DNA from: Carpediemonas membranifera BICM | Taxonomy: Eukaryota > Protista > Fornicata | Direction: 5' to 3' | Length of the DNA: 64,000 nucleotides | NCBI GenBank assembly: GCA_019828565.1 | Contig: JAHDYR010000003.1 | Location: 619,409 to 683,408, forward strand | Shown: in pieces, positions 54,387 to 64,000 of the stretch | Layout: every line of letters starts with the position of its first letter | How positions within the stretch are numbered: position 1 is the stretch's first letter | Notes under the pieces: model-generated | What the model was told of the DNA's origin: nothing | Seen by the model: the letters and a program-made list of their open reading frames with translations, nothing else | Database searches by the model: none | Made by a program: the position numbers and the translations under genes

Positions 54387-55029
54387 GGCGGATAGGATCT
54401 CTAAATACGCGGTTAACGGCGGAGGCTGTGAGGGCAGCCCGATATGTGAAGAGGAGGACAGGCTCTTTTATTTGGCCCATTGTCCCTGGGTAAAATTTGA
54501 GAGGGAACAATGAGACACTGGGTTGGCTTGGCACAACGAGGCGCGGCTGTGCATGTCTCGGTTTATTTGCTACTTGCACTTACACTTTGCAAACTCTTCG
54601 TGAAGTATCATAGAGTGCACAGTGCAAGCACTGCGTCTCTCCACTTCAATTAGCTTGCCCGGAGGCGAAGACTAGCGGCTGGTTAGCCGTAATTGGTGTA
54701 TTGGGGTTATAGTTGGGAAGACGGGCTGGAGGTCTTGGATTTCTGAAAGCACTGGCTTGATACTGTGCATCCGTCATGAGGCCGCAATCCAAGATGTTCT
54801 GTGCAGCAGTCTTGTCTCTGTGGGAGAGATTGAGCGGCAGAAGGGGCAGACGAGTGAGATACTGCAGTCTTCCGATACTGCTTTATATAAGCTGCACAAT
54901 GACTCAGGGGTGCAGGGCAAATATGACCCAATCAATTGGTCACCACAGCTGCCTCCTCTCCCGGTGGTTGATGACCCCCGACGATGATCGATTCGCAGTT
55001 TAAGATCGATCGAATTCGACGTCGCGTCA

Positions 55030-56210
55030 ATGAGGGTTTTTGCACTCTCTCTAGCATTGCTACTTGCATTTTCTGTAGCACAGAAGGTAGGTGTTTTCTT
55101 TGATGGCGAAATTGCTGACTATAACGCATTGATTTCGCATGTAGGTAGTTTGTGCTTGTTTTCTTCAGTTACACAGAGCTTGGAAATGAAGTAGCAACAC
55201 ACAAGATAGGTGAGCTTGAATCCAAGCTTATCGTTGATGGATCATCCGCCTATGACACCATCTGTGTCATTGTCCCATCCGAGTCTCTCTCGGCCACAGC
55301 CATCGCCGCCCTTGAAAAGCATCTCGACAAGCACGCCGGCAACATGTACTTGGCCTTCTCCCACACTGTCGACATGACGGTCCGCCGTTTCCTCTTCTCG
55401 CACTTTAACGTTAAGGCCGGGACGAAGGAGGTCACCGCTTTCCCCCGCATCCACTCCGGTTCGCCCATTCTCCCGAAGAAGATCGATGCCGAGGCTGTCA
55501 AGTATTCCGGCATCGCGATGTTCCCGCAATCGTTTTCCGGCAAGTTCCCTCTGCTCTACGGCGACGAAGTTGTCGGTGCCATCGCCACTCAGGGTCACGC
55601 GAACAATGCCCGCGTCGTTCTCCTCGGATCGACCCTCCCCATCACCAACACCGGCATGGCGGACAGCCCGACCCGCCAGTTTGTGGCGGCCACTCTTGGC
55701 TGGACCATGGGGTATTCCGGCAAACTCAGGATTGCCGGAACCACCCACTCCAGAGTCGGTGCCAGTCACGGCGGCTATGACGATGCTGGCTATGCTGCTG
55801 GCGACTACATTGAGTGGGGCACGACCCTCGAGCAGTTTATCGACGGCCGCTGGGAACCGTTCACCCCCACCGACGCCCAGGTCGAGCTCGTGTGCATGGA
55901 CGTCTGGGCCCGCGAAACCCTCGCCCCCAGCAACACTGGGCTTGCCGCTACCATTCGGGCCCCCGAGAAGCCAGGCGTCTACAAGTTCGTGCTCGACTAT
56001 GAGCGGGTTGGGTACTCCCGCCTCCACGACGAGGAGCAGGTGCAGGTCCGGCAGCCCAAGGACAGCTTCCATCCCCGGTTCGAGAGCCAGGCGTGGCCGT
56101 ACTATGGCTCGGTGCTCGCCGTCAGTTTCATGTTCGTCGCTTTCGTCGCGTTGTATCTGAACAGCGCGCCTGTGAGCAAGAAGGTCGAGGAGGACAAGAA
56201 GGACAACTAA
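55030..56210 (+). CDS. DDOST: Oligosaccharyltransferase 48 kDa subunit (OST48/Wbp1); intron ~55148-55176
   Basis: Signal peptide MRVFALSLALLLAFSVA; NNARVVLLGS; PGVYKFVLDYERVGYS; RF..AWPYY; TM helix; C-terminal KKxx ER-retrieval motif. The donor could alternatively be 55145. Confidence 0.88.
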
Positions 56211-56433
56211 ATTGCACAATATAGCTGTTCCTTTCTGGAGGTTGCCACCCGTGGCTGCGACTGCCGCTGCTCCCAGAGTCCACTCTACTGCCCGATATGC
56301 AACTAGTAGCCTCCATAGGTGGGGCACTCCGGCACCGAGTCACGATGCCATGCCCGATCCCCCAAAATTCGCGATTTATATTAAACTGCACCGCCCATTT
56401 TCGCTCTCCATTTTTGCCACGATCTGGGAAAGC

Positions 56434-57894
56434 ATGGACGAGCAGGAGGAATATGTTGATCAAAGCGCTCAACGAGTTATCGAATTGGCGAAGCAGAATC
56501 GCAATTTAACAGTTTCTCTGGAAAGTGCGAAAGATAGGGCCTCAAAAGCAGAAAGACAGCTGGAGGAGGTTAAGCAAGAGCTTGAGAGCATTAAGGAAAA
56601 GCAAGAGCGCCCTGCTGCGACTCCCAGTACGAGCAAACGCAGCACCGATTCTCTCAGAAACCGCCTCGGGATCCTCACCGTCGAGAACAACAAGCTCAAG
56701 ACCGAGGTGACGAAGATGAAGAGCGTGCTCACCCAGGAGATCGGGGAGAGCTGGGACCTCCAGAAACTGCTCGAGGGCGAGACTAAATGGCGTGGACGAG
56801 CTCAGCAGATCGCACTGCTGCGGTCCAAGCTGAAGCACGCTCTGTCCGACACGGCTACAGACGCCACGGTGGCCACGGTGGCTACACCGGACGTGGAAGA
56901 CCGCAACAAGGCCCATCTCGAGGACATTAAGCAGAACTACCGCGTGCACATCTCGGAAGTGGAGGCGGAGGCCGCGGAGCTGCGCCAGAGCAACGCTGAG
57001 CTCAAGAAGCACAACGACTCGCTCGCATCCCGCAGTAAGATCCTCGAGCGCGACTCTGCCCGACTCAAGGAGAAGCTCCGGCTGATGGTGCAGAAGACGA
57101 AGCACGACAACGAGCTCATCGAGCAGCTCCGCCGCATGCCCGGCCGGGGCGAGTCCAGCCCCGTCTCAGGGCCAGGCAGGGGGCGGGTGCAGTCGACTCC
57201 GGTCGGGTCGGGGCCGGCCATCGCCCAGGCCAGCGATGCCCAGCAGGAGCTGGAGGATACGGTCGCTCGTCTCAAGGACGAACTCGAGGATAAGGACGCT
57301 AGGATCGCGCAGGTTACGGCAGAGCTGGAGGAGCTGCGGCGTGTGGCACAGGCCGAGGCCGCGGGTGCGGAGGAGACGAGCAAGTTCCAGGTGAACGCAC
57401 TCGCTGTGGAGACACGGAATCTGCAGGAGATCGCGGAGAAGTACCGTGAGCACAACGGCGAGCTGGCGGAGAGCCTGGAGAAGATGACAACCCGTTACCA
57501 GAACGAGAAGAGGAAGAGCCTCAAGCTCGGCCACGACCTGTCGATGTTGACGTCCGCCGCAGAGCCCCCCAAGCCCAACCTGAACAGGCAGCGTGACCTC
57601 GAGCAGCAGCTGGAGGAGCTAGAGCAGGAGCTCGAGTTCCAGCTGGACGGGGCGCACGCCCGTGTCGTCAGCCTCACATCGGCACTGGCCGCGAAGGAAG
57701 ACGAGATCAAGCTGTGCCGCCAGCTGGTGGAGGAGCACAAGCACGCGTACGATGAGGCGCTGGGCGAGCTGGCGTTGCAGGTGCAGTCAGGCGGGGCCGG
57801 TGGGGACCCGCAGGTCGGGCGGGAGCTCATGGACCTCCGCGGGCGGTACAATAGGATGGTCATGCTGCTGAGCAAGCACGGCATTGAGTATTGA
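56434..57894 (+). CDS. CCDC13: Coiled-coil domain-containing protein 13-like (centriolar satellite/cilia)
   Basis: RVIELAKQNRNL, LTQEIGE, WRGRAQQIALL and KTKHDNELI motifs. Confidence 0.75.
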   Translation: MDEQEEYVDQSAQRVIELAKQNRNLTVSLESAKDRASKAERQLEEVKQELESIKEKQERPAATPSTSKRSTDSLRNRLGILTVENNKLKTEVTKMKSVLTQEIGESWDLQKLLEGETKWRGRAQQIALLRSKLKHALSDTATDATVATVATPDVEDRNKAHLEDIKQNYRVHISEVEAEAAELRQSNAELKKHNDSLASRSKILERDSARLKEKLRLMVQKTKHDNELIEQLRRMPGRGESSPVSGPGRGRVQSTPVGSGPAIAQASDAQQELEDTVARLKDELEDKDARIAQVTAELEELRRVAQAEAAGAEETSKFQVNALAVETRNLQEIAEKYREHNGELAESLEKMTTRYQNEKRKSLKLGHDLSMLTSAAEPPKPNLNRQRDLEQQLEELEQELEFQLDGAHARVVSLTSALAAKEDEIKLCRQLVEEHKHAYDEALGELALQVQSGGAGGDPQVGRELMDLRGRYNRMVMLLSKHGIEY

Positions 57895-58092
57895 AGGGCT
57901 CATCGTTTTAAATGGCAGGCTGCAGATAGTCAGTCGAATGTCTCTGGGTCAGTGGGAGTATCGGAGATGGAGCAGTAAAGGGCAGTGTAACGGTCACACT
58001 AAGAGCATGAGCCTAACCGAGGGAGATTGAGTCAAACCCGCGGTGCACCTTAAGGTCATCGATTTTTCGAAGAAACCGGAAAACCAGCAATA

Positions 58093-58395
58093 ATGCCTCT
58101 TACTACCGTAGCTGGCCTCAAGCCGCTTTTCAACAACGTTCTTCTTAAGAAAATAGTGGAATCCAGGAAGGTTGGCGGCGTCATTCTCCCCGACACCGCT
58201 CGCACTCCTCTCCAGCAGGCCACGGTGATTGCTGCGGGACCTGGAAGCTACAACCAGGCCGGGCAGCTGATTGCTACATCTGTGAAGGAGGACGATAAGG
58301 TGCTCTTCAGCGATTTCGCCGGCCACAAGCTCTCCGTCATGGGCGACGAGTACATCATGGTCCGGGACTCCGACATCATCGCCAAGCTGCCATAG
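58093..58395 (+). CDS. CPN10: Chaperonin 10 (Hsp10/GroES)
   Basis: LKPLFNNVLL..GGVILPD..ATVIAAGPG..VKEDDKVLF..EYIMVRDSDIIAKL. Confidence 0.93.
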   Translation: MPLTTVAGLKPLFNNVLLKKIVESRKVGGVILPDTARTPLQQATVIAAGPGSYNQAGQLIATSVKEDDKVLFSDFAGHKLSVMGDEYIMVRDSDIIAKLP

Positions 58396-58665
58396 AGGCG
58401 GTATGTAGCATTCATACGGTAAATAGACCATTTTATTTCAAAGATGAGTGAGCTTCGCCATTGTGAGGAGAAGGAAACCTCGTGCTGAGTTGTCCATAGA
58501 GTGCATATGCCCTGTCATGTCCTGTTACAACGTCCGATGCGCCCTTCCGATGTGATTGGAAATTTGATTGATTCGAGAATCAGTTCGAGAATCTCCGAAA
58601 AGAGAGATTATCTCCTCTATCCGAGGATAGGGTCAACACTGAGAACCGACTGAAACTGAAACACT

Positions 58666-59796
58666 ATGCTCGCACATTTAGCAGGAATACTAACAGCAGC
58701 AAGCAGCTCATCATCGTCGTCGAATATTATTGTTGTGGCAATCTTGCTTGCATGTGTTTCCGGCCTGCTGCTTCTCCAGATTCTTCTTCTCATCATCGCT
58801 GCCCTCTTGATGCTCTCCCTGTGCGTAGTCATCGTCATAGCCATCGCTAGCTACATCGTCTACCGCCTTACCTCCAAGGTCAGGAGGCCCACCGAGGATG
58901 ACCCTCTCTTGCCCCCGAACCCAGCCAAGACGCCCCTCACCATCTTCGAGGAACGGGGCCAAGCCAAGGCGTTCCCCCGCAACGGCTGGGTCGCCACCAT
59001 GGACGGGCCCAAGCTGAGACCGCTGCCGTTTGAGGACAGCGCTGTCTACCACGGCAAAGTCTACACCGTCAGGCGACCCGCCAGAGTCTGGTGTAACCTA
59101 ATGGAGACACCTGAACATGCACAGAACGCCGAGCGGGCGTACATGGCAACTCGTGCCCAGCATGACGCCAACATCATCGGCATCTGCCGAGTCTACGGCG
59201 TATTGAGGACCCAAGGGCGGCAGCTCATCTTCAAGGAAAAGCCGACCCGCACCCTTGAGCACGCCATCCAGAACAAGGGGATGAAGATCAGCTGGAACAC
59301 ACGACTGGCATGGGCCCAGGACGTCGCCACGACCCTCGCCCAGGCGCATGCTCAGCATCTGCCTCACGGCAACATTTGCGGCAAGACCGTACTTCAGTTC
59401 GGAGACCACGCCAAGGTCGATGACTTCGGCCTCACCGTTGTCCCGGGTGCTACGAACCTGTACGAGTTCGACGTCGACCAGTACGGCCGACTGTTCTGGT
59501 GCCTTATGCATCGCCGCACACCCCCGGATAGCACTGGGGAGTGGCTGGCCAGCCCGCCCAAATGCCCTGTTGCCCTCCACACTGCCGTCATGGCGTGTGT
59601 CAGCCAGAACAAGCCTGACTTCGCTGGTGTCTGCAAGATCCTCGGCTGTGCCCCACTGCGGTCTGCCCCGGTCACTGTCCAAACCACTCATCGGCCGACC
59701 AACCCGTATGCCGCCGCGCAGGGCAAGACCCCTGTCGGCACTGTCCAGGCTGGGGGCGAAGTATCCGGGTCCATCTGGAGCGGCCTTTACCAGTAA
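58666..59796 (+). CDS. Membrane-anchored TKL-like pseudokinase
   Basis: Long N-terminal hydrophobic stretch; SWNTRLAWAQDVA..HGNI..AKVDDFGL..DVDQYG; HGN replaces HRD. Confidence 0.65.
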   Translation: MLAHLAGILTAASSSSSSSNIIVVAILLACVSGLLLLQILLLIIAALLMLSLCVVIVIAIASYIVYRLTSKVRRPTEDDPLLPPNPAKTPLTIFEERGQAKAFPRNGWVATMDGPKLRPLPFEDSAVYHGKVYTVRRPARVWCNLMETPEHAQNAERAYMATRAQHDANIIGICRVYGVLRTQGRQLIFKEKPTRTLEHAIQNKGMKISWNTRLAWAQDVATTLAQAHAQHLPHGNICGKTVLQFGDHAKVDDFGLTVVPGATNLYEFDVDQYGRLFWCLMHRRTPPDSTGEWLASPPKCPVALHTAVMACVSQNKPDFAGVCKILGCAPLRSAPVTVQTTHRPTNPYAAAQGKTPVGTVQAGGEVSGSIWSGLYQ

Positions 59797-59957
59797 AGTA
59801 TACGATAGTGCCTTCCCTTATCTGGAGCCGGATTGGGCAGGCTACCAGGAGCCAGCGCCACGGGGCAAGGGAGCATGGGGACCGCGGCGTGAGAGTTTAT
59901 GAGCTACCCCCCGTCACAGCGCGACCGCGGCCCTGAGTCGTCGCATAAACACCAGCC

Positions 59958-60695
59958 CTACTGCATCTCGTTGACATACGCTGTGATACGAGCTACTGGA
60001 ATCTGCCGCACCTTGTCGGCCAGGCTCTGGATCACGGACTTCAACCAGGGCAGCCGGTCGCCCCAGGACGTCTCCAGCGTCAGAGAGGTTATCGGATTGG
60101 GTGTCTTGAGCGCGGCGCTGGCCTCCATCGAGAACTCGGTCAGCCCGGAGTCCGAGAAGTCCACTGCCTTCACCTGGCCGTCGCAATCGGTCACCTCGAT
60201 GGCAAGGGCCCGCTTCTCGAGTATATGCTTGATCCGAGTGGGCAGGTCGACCATGTCATCGATCTCGAGGCGGTGCTTCACGCTGAGCTCGACCTCGGCG
60301 TCAACACTGAGGGACGAGAGGGTCACCGAGAGTGGGATGCGGGTCTGCTTGGAGAGGAGCGTCGGTGCGGTCCCCATAGCCCTGTGCATGAAGGACGAGG
60401 CCGGCGTCGCGGCGGGGGCGGCGTTGGACTTGATGAAGCCCGACACACGGCACCAAGCGTCACCGCAGTATCTAAGGTGGAATACCGCCTGGAGAGAGTC
60501 GAAATCGGCGGCTATAACGTCAACAATGTCCAGTTCTGGCGGCTTATGGCCCAAATGAAGCTCATCAACGCGGATTGGGCCAGCAATGATGGTGGTGTCC
60601 TTTTCAATGAACTCGTTGAGCTTGGACACTATCATTTCATCGACATTCTGAAGGATAATGTCCTCTATCGCCGTCCAGTTGAATTGAAAGCTCAT
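59958..60695 (-). CDS. SMP-domain lipid-transfer protein, ERMES Mdm34/Mdm12-like
   Basis: MSFQFNW..IIAGPIRVDELHLGHKPPELDIVDV..FHLRYCGDA..IPLSVTLS. Confidence 0.65.
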   Translation of the reverse strand: MSFQFNWTAIEDIILQNVDEMIVSKLNEFIEKDTTIIAGPIRVDELHLGHKPPELDIVDVIAADFDSLQAVFHLRYCGDAWCRVSGFIKSNAAPAATPASSFMHRAMGTAPTLLSKQTRIPLSVTLSSLSVDAEVELSVKHRLEIDDMVDLPTRIKHILEKRALAIEVTDCDGQVKAVDFSDSGLTEFSMEASAALKTPNPITSLTLETSWGDRLPWLKSVIQSLADKVRQIPVARITAYVNEMQ

Positions 60696-60845
60696 CCCTT
60701 TTGTTTGTTGTTTTTGTTGCGGCAAAGTCATCAGGAGTCGTGGCGTGTCAGGACCAAGGAATGGAGCAGAATGAAGCTCATGGTGTGTCTAACGCCGAGA
60801 GACACCTGGAGAGGGTTACCTTTCCTTCTTTCGTGCGTTGATCCA

Positions 60846-61508
60846 CTACACGACCTCACGCTCCAGCACAGCAGCGTACTGTAGCTGCACAACAAACATC
60901 TTCTTGTCCGGGTACCAGTGCTCGTACGTCCTGCTGTCGTCCAGCTCCCAGTTCGGGACCTTGATGGCGATCGTGTCGTACGGCTGGGCGGCGAAGGCGA
61001 TAAACTGCCAGTTCGAGTCCGGCACCTCGACCTTCTGTTCAAACCAAGATATGGCCCTCCGCCTGGGCACAATACCGTCCAGGATCTCTGGATAGTGTAC
61101 CTCGACCTTGATCGACGGGCGATTCTGGAGGTCGCGCTGGCGGGTCACCCAATATGAAGGCTGCCCTATGGATGGAACTGTCCTCTGTGGCTTGGGGCGC
61201 ACGTACAGAGGCCCGTTGTCGATTGTGTTGCCGGCCTTCATCTTTTCGAACCTCGCGATGTTGACCTTGTGCTTCCGAAGCTCTCTATGAACAGTGAAAT
61301 CAGCAATGGTGCTGTGAACAGACATGCAGAGCTTGCATTCGTACTGGCCGAACTGATTCTTCGACACATACGGGTCTTTGGCCACTTCTTCCTGCAGCGC
61401 CTCCTCCATGAGAGCTTTCTTCTCTCTCTGCAGCCGAGCGTTCAATATAGACTGTGAAAGCTGCCCACCGGTGCCAATACGGCTGCCGAAGTCTCGATAG
61501 CCTTGCAT
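60846..61508 (-). CDS. SF3A2: Splicing factor 3A subunit 2 (Prp11)
   Basis: DPYVSKNQFGQYECKLC..H..RKHKVN; IGQPSY.VT.QRD; YPEI..PRRR..FEQKVEVPD..QFIAFAAQPYDTIAIKVP. Confidence 0.92.
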   Translation of the reverse strand: MQGYRDFGSRIGTGGQLSQSILNARLQREKKALMEEALQEEVAKDPYVSKNQFGQYECKLCMSVHSTIADFTVHRELRKHKVNIARFEKMKAGNTIDNGPLYVRPKPQRTVPSIGQPSYWVTRQRDLQNRPSIKVEVHYPEILDGIVPRRRAISWFEQKVEVPDSNWQFIAFAAQPYDTIAIKVPNWELDDSRTYEHWYPDKKMFVVQLQYAAVLEREVV

Positions 61509-61582
61509 CGCCGCGCTTGTTCTCTGTTTCGATGATACATACCGTCATGTAACACTACAAATAGCATGTCCTGCACCTCTCG

Positions 61583-61650
61583 TCGGACTCCGGGCTGACC
61601 GAGTTCTCGATGGAGGCCAGTGCCGCGCTCAAGACACCCAACCCGATAAC
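61583..61650 (+). repeat. 68-bp inverted duplicate of 60088-60155 (internal part of the Mdm34-like gene)
   Basis: 66/68 identity; encodes SDSGLTEFSMEASAALKTPNPIT. Confidence 0.9.
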
Positions 61651-62275
61651 TTCGCAAGCAGTAGTCGATAACTTGGCTTGGTTGGCTCTAGCTTGGCACT
61701 CGTGCGGCGGCCAAAATATTTGGCGGCCCAATCACAGGATCGCGTGCGGTGGAGTCAAGCGGTATCGTCAGCATTTAGCGAGCCCCGGTTGAGGTTGTTC
61801 TGTTTGAATTCAAACTTTTACTTTCATTTCTTTTTGGGCTTTTTAGGGTTACCGGGCACTCCTCCCCTAGTGCCCGGCCCCGACACGAGGCTGTCCCGGC
61901 ACCCGAGATAAACTCTGACCCGCGGTGATTTGACATGGATCACCAATAGCTTGTATCCGGTCCGACAGGCTAAGAACCGACACAGAGCAAAGGCTAACTC
62001 ACTTCCTTTATCTTACTCTCTCCCGGAATATCACGGTAAGTGTTCATAAGCGACATCCCTGGCATGCGGGCCCATTGCTTGCCGTTCACATCTTCGTTCT
62101 GGTGCTTGAGCAGGTATCCGAACCGGTCAATCCAATATTTGCCAGCGTTCGAGAGGACCACCGGGATTGATTTGATTAAGATATATATGCCCATTGATTC
62201 GATCCAACCAATTGATTTATATTTATAGCCCGATTGATTTGCCTTAACCTGCCAGAAAACACTCTTGCGCACACG

Positions 62276-62971
62276 ATGGTCTTATCTGAGTATCGCACAG
62301 TTTCTAATCGAGCTTTGGTGCAGCGGCTACTGGAAGCAGCTGGTGCTCGCATCGCGAACGGCGACAACGTCGGATGCGTCATCGATCCGGCAGATGAAGG
62401 AAAACCCTTTGTCAACTGTGTCCTCATGATTAATGGTGAGAAATACATCACACTTAGATGGAATGAGGAAGGAGGAAAGCTGTACTGCACCAACGGTGTT
62501 CACAAGGCCTCTTTCCTTGAGATCCTGGACAATGTGATTGCTGAAGTCGAAGCCGAAGATGCTGCTCATCACAACGCGACCCTCAGCCCAACAGCCAGAG
62601 AGCGTGTGGAAGCTCGTCGTGCCCAAGCTGCAGCCCAAGTTGCAGCCCACGCCGCAGCCATCGAGGAAGCCCGTGTTGCAGCCCGCGCCGCAGCCATCGA
62701 GGAAGCCCGTGTTGCAGCCCGCGCCGCAGCCATCGAGGAAGCCCGCCCTGAAGACCGCGCTGCAGCCATCGAGGAAGCCCGCCCTGAAGACCGCGCTGCA
62801 GCCATCGAGGAAGCCCGCCCTGAAGACCGCGCTGCAGCCATCGAGGAAGCCCGTGTTGCAGCTCTCGAAGCAGCACACGCTGCAGCTCTCCGTGCACCTC
62901 CCGGTGATATTGACATGGAAGATTTCGAACGGGATCTCCAAGAGCTGCGCCTCAGATACAACTTAGGTTAA
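62276..62971 (+). CDS. Hypothetical protein with 12-aa Ala/Glu/Arg repeats
   Basis: ATG-initiated ORF with GATAAA after the stop. Codon usage (GAA, GCA, GCT) is unlike the host genes. Confidence 0.55.
   Translation: MVLSEYRTVSNRALVQRLLEAAGARIANGDNVGCVIDPADEGKPFVNCVLMINGEKYITLRWNEEGGKLYCTNGVHKASFLEILDNVIAEVEAEDAAHHNATLSPTARERVEARRAQAAAQVAAHAAAIEEARVAARAAAIEEARVAARAAAIEEARPEDRAAAIEEARPEDRAAAIEEARPEDRAAAIEEARVAALEAAHAAALRAPPGDIDMEDFERDLQELRLRYNLG
62651..62863 (+). repeat. 36-bp tandem repeat, 6 units, 2 variants (A,A,B,B,B,A)
   Basis: Unit GCYGCAGCCATCGAGGAAGCCCG followed by TGTTGCAGCCCGC or CCCTGAAGACCGC. Confidence 0.95.
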
Positions 62972-63572
62972 GACTCATTTGATAAACTCGATCCTCGATT
63001 ACTCGACTCACACGACTTTCGAATAAAGCCCAGTGCTCGTATTCTCATGATGGCCTTCTCGATGGTCGATGACCATGCACGCAGAAGTGTGGTGCCGGTC
63101 AGCCCACCATTCCAAAATATTGGGGTTGCTGCGGGCTAGAGTCATGAAAGTAAAAGTTTGATGATAGAAATATTAAATATGTTAGTTTGGGGCTTACAGT
63201 TCCCACGTGGAGATCAATCTCAACCAGGGGAGGGAACTCGTTGTCCCCTATCTGTCAATAGTCGCTGGAGGATGGATACCGTCCACTCCCCAGGGAGGCG
63301 GTGAGAGGACCGGGCCGGACCGAAGAGTACTGCGTGACTTTGAGGCGATACCGGCCCGGCTTGACCAGTCGACGGCTCAGACCAATCATTTTGTCCAAAA
63401 ATATCCCCGCAGTTTTAGGTCATGGGGGCGGAATTTAAGAAAAATTAGTGACCCCCCTCAGGTCTGCGTACGCAGGCGTACGCTCGGTTGGGGCCAGCGT
63501 ACGCTGATACGCGGTACGCAGATTATACAAAGCCCAAAAATCTCAACGAAAACTTGATCTTGGCTCATTGTG

Positions 63573-64000
63573 ATGTCTGACAGCTACAATCACCGCTGCA
63601 AGATAGGAAATTGTTTGTTACTTCACCATTCGCTCACACTGGGTACGAGAGTCAAGTCCTCGACGACCTTCAACTCGAGGAGTACAAACAGCGCCGCGAG
63701 CGGGGAACAGCCGCTTCTTCCGCTCTACAGATCCAGAAGTTGCTTGAAAAGGCTGTAGAAGGCAAGTTCCAGCGAGAGGAGTGCATTTCCGAGGGCGACA
63801 TGATCACCATCGGGACCAAGATGGACGACAGGGACCTCGTCCTCGGCGTAGACCCCCGCGACCCCCTCCCTTTCGAGGATGACGCGAGCACTGTCTCTGC
63901 TGGCCCCGCCAAGAAGGCCGCGCGTTCCCTTTTTGTGATCCGCAAGTTCAAGTCTGGCTCCGACGACCCCGTCATCCGCTTCGGAGACGCCATTGAGCTA
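63573..64000 (+). CDS. CFAP161: CFAP161-like cilia/flagella protein, 3' truncated by the window edge; apparent GT-TG intron 63613-63641
   Basis: Spliced MSDSYNHRCKIGNWYESQVLDDLQLEEYKQRRERG..ARSLFVI..DPVIRFGD resembles the CFAP161 N-terminus (Y..IGNW.E). Confidence 0.6.

Noticed and set aside
62651-62863. CRISPR-like array (23-bp constant part plus 13-bp variable part)
   Set aside because: Only two variants recur, the unit is 36 bp in frame within an ORF, and there are no unique spacers or cas genes: a coding minisatellite.

Overview
Gene-dense, GC-rich eukaryotic DNA from a flagellated protist. The 28-36 nt GT-AG introns, with the branch point fused to the 3' splice site, suggest a metamonad/fornicate such as a Carpediemonas-like organism (inference). 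About 25 host genes are recognisable: axonemal dynein DNAH2-like, Nup35, F-BAR/SH3, UTP6, MOK/LF4 kinase, phosducin-like, Mei2-like, RTF1, CLP1, Sec6, V-ATPase e, Pol5-like, OST48, CCDC13, Cpn10, Mdm34-like, SF3A2 and CFAP161, among others. The most notable structure is a 2.9-3.7 kb cassette present twice in inverted orientation (27160-30818 minus; 47564-50501 plus). Each copy holds a Fanzor1-type (eukaryotic TnpB-like RuvC) nuclease gene, a 130-nt structured omegaRNA-like segment and an intact eIF2B-delta gene with atypical codon usage. A perfect 30-bp direct repeat brackets the Fanzor in both copies. The two Fanzor copies are broken in complementary ways and together reconstruct a 634-aa protein. 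Other oddities are a decayed WD40 gene, a 2.2-kaa bacterial-looking giant protein, an apparent GT-TG intron, and a foreign-looking island near 61.6-63.5 kb with 36-bp tandem repeats. All family assignments are by eye from remembered motifs; no database searches were run.
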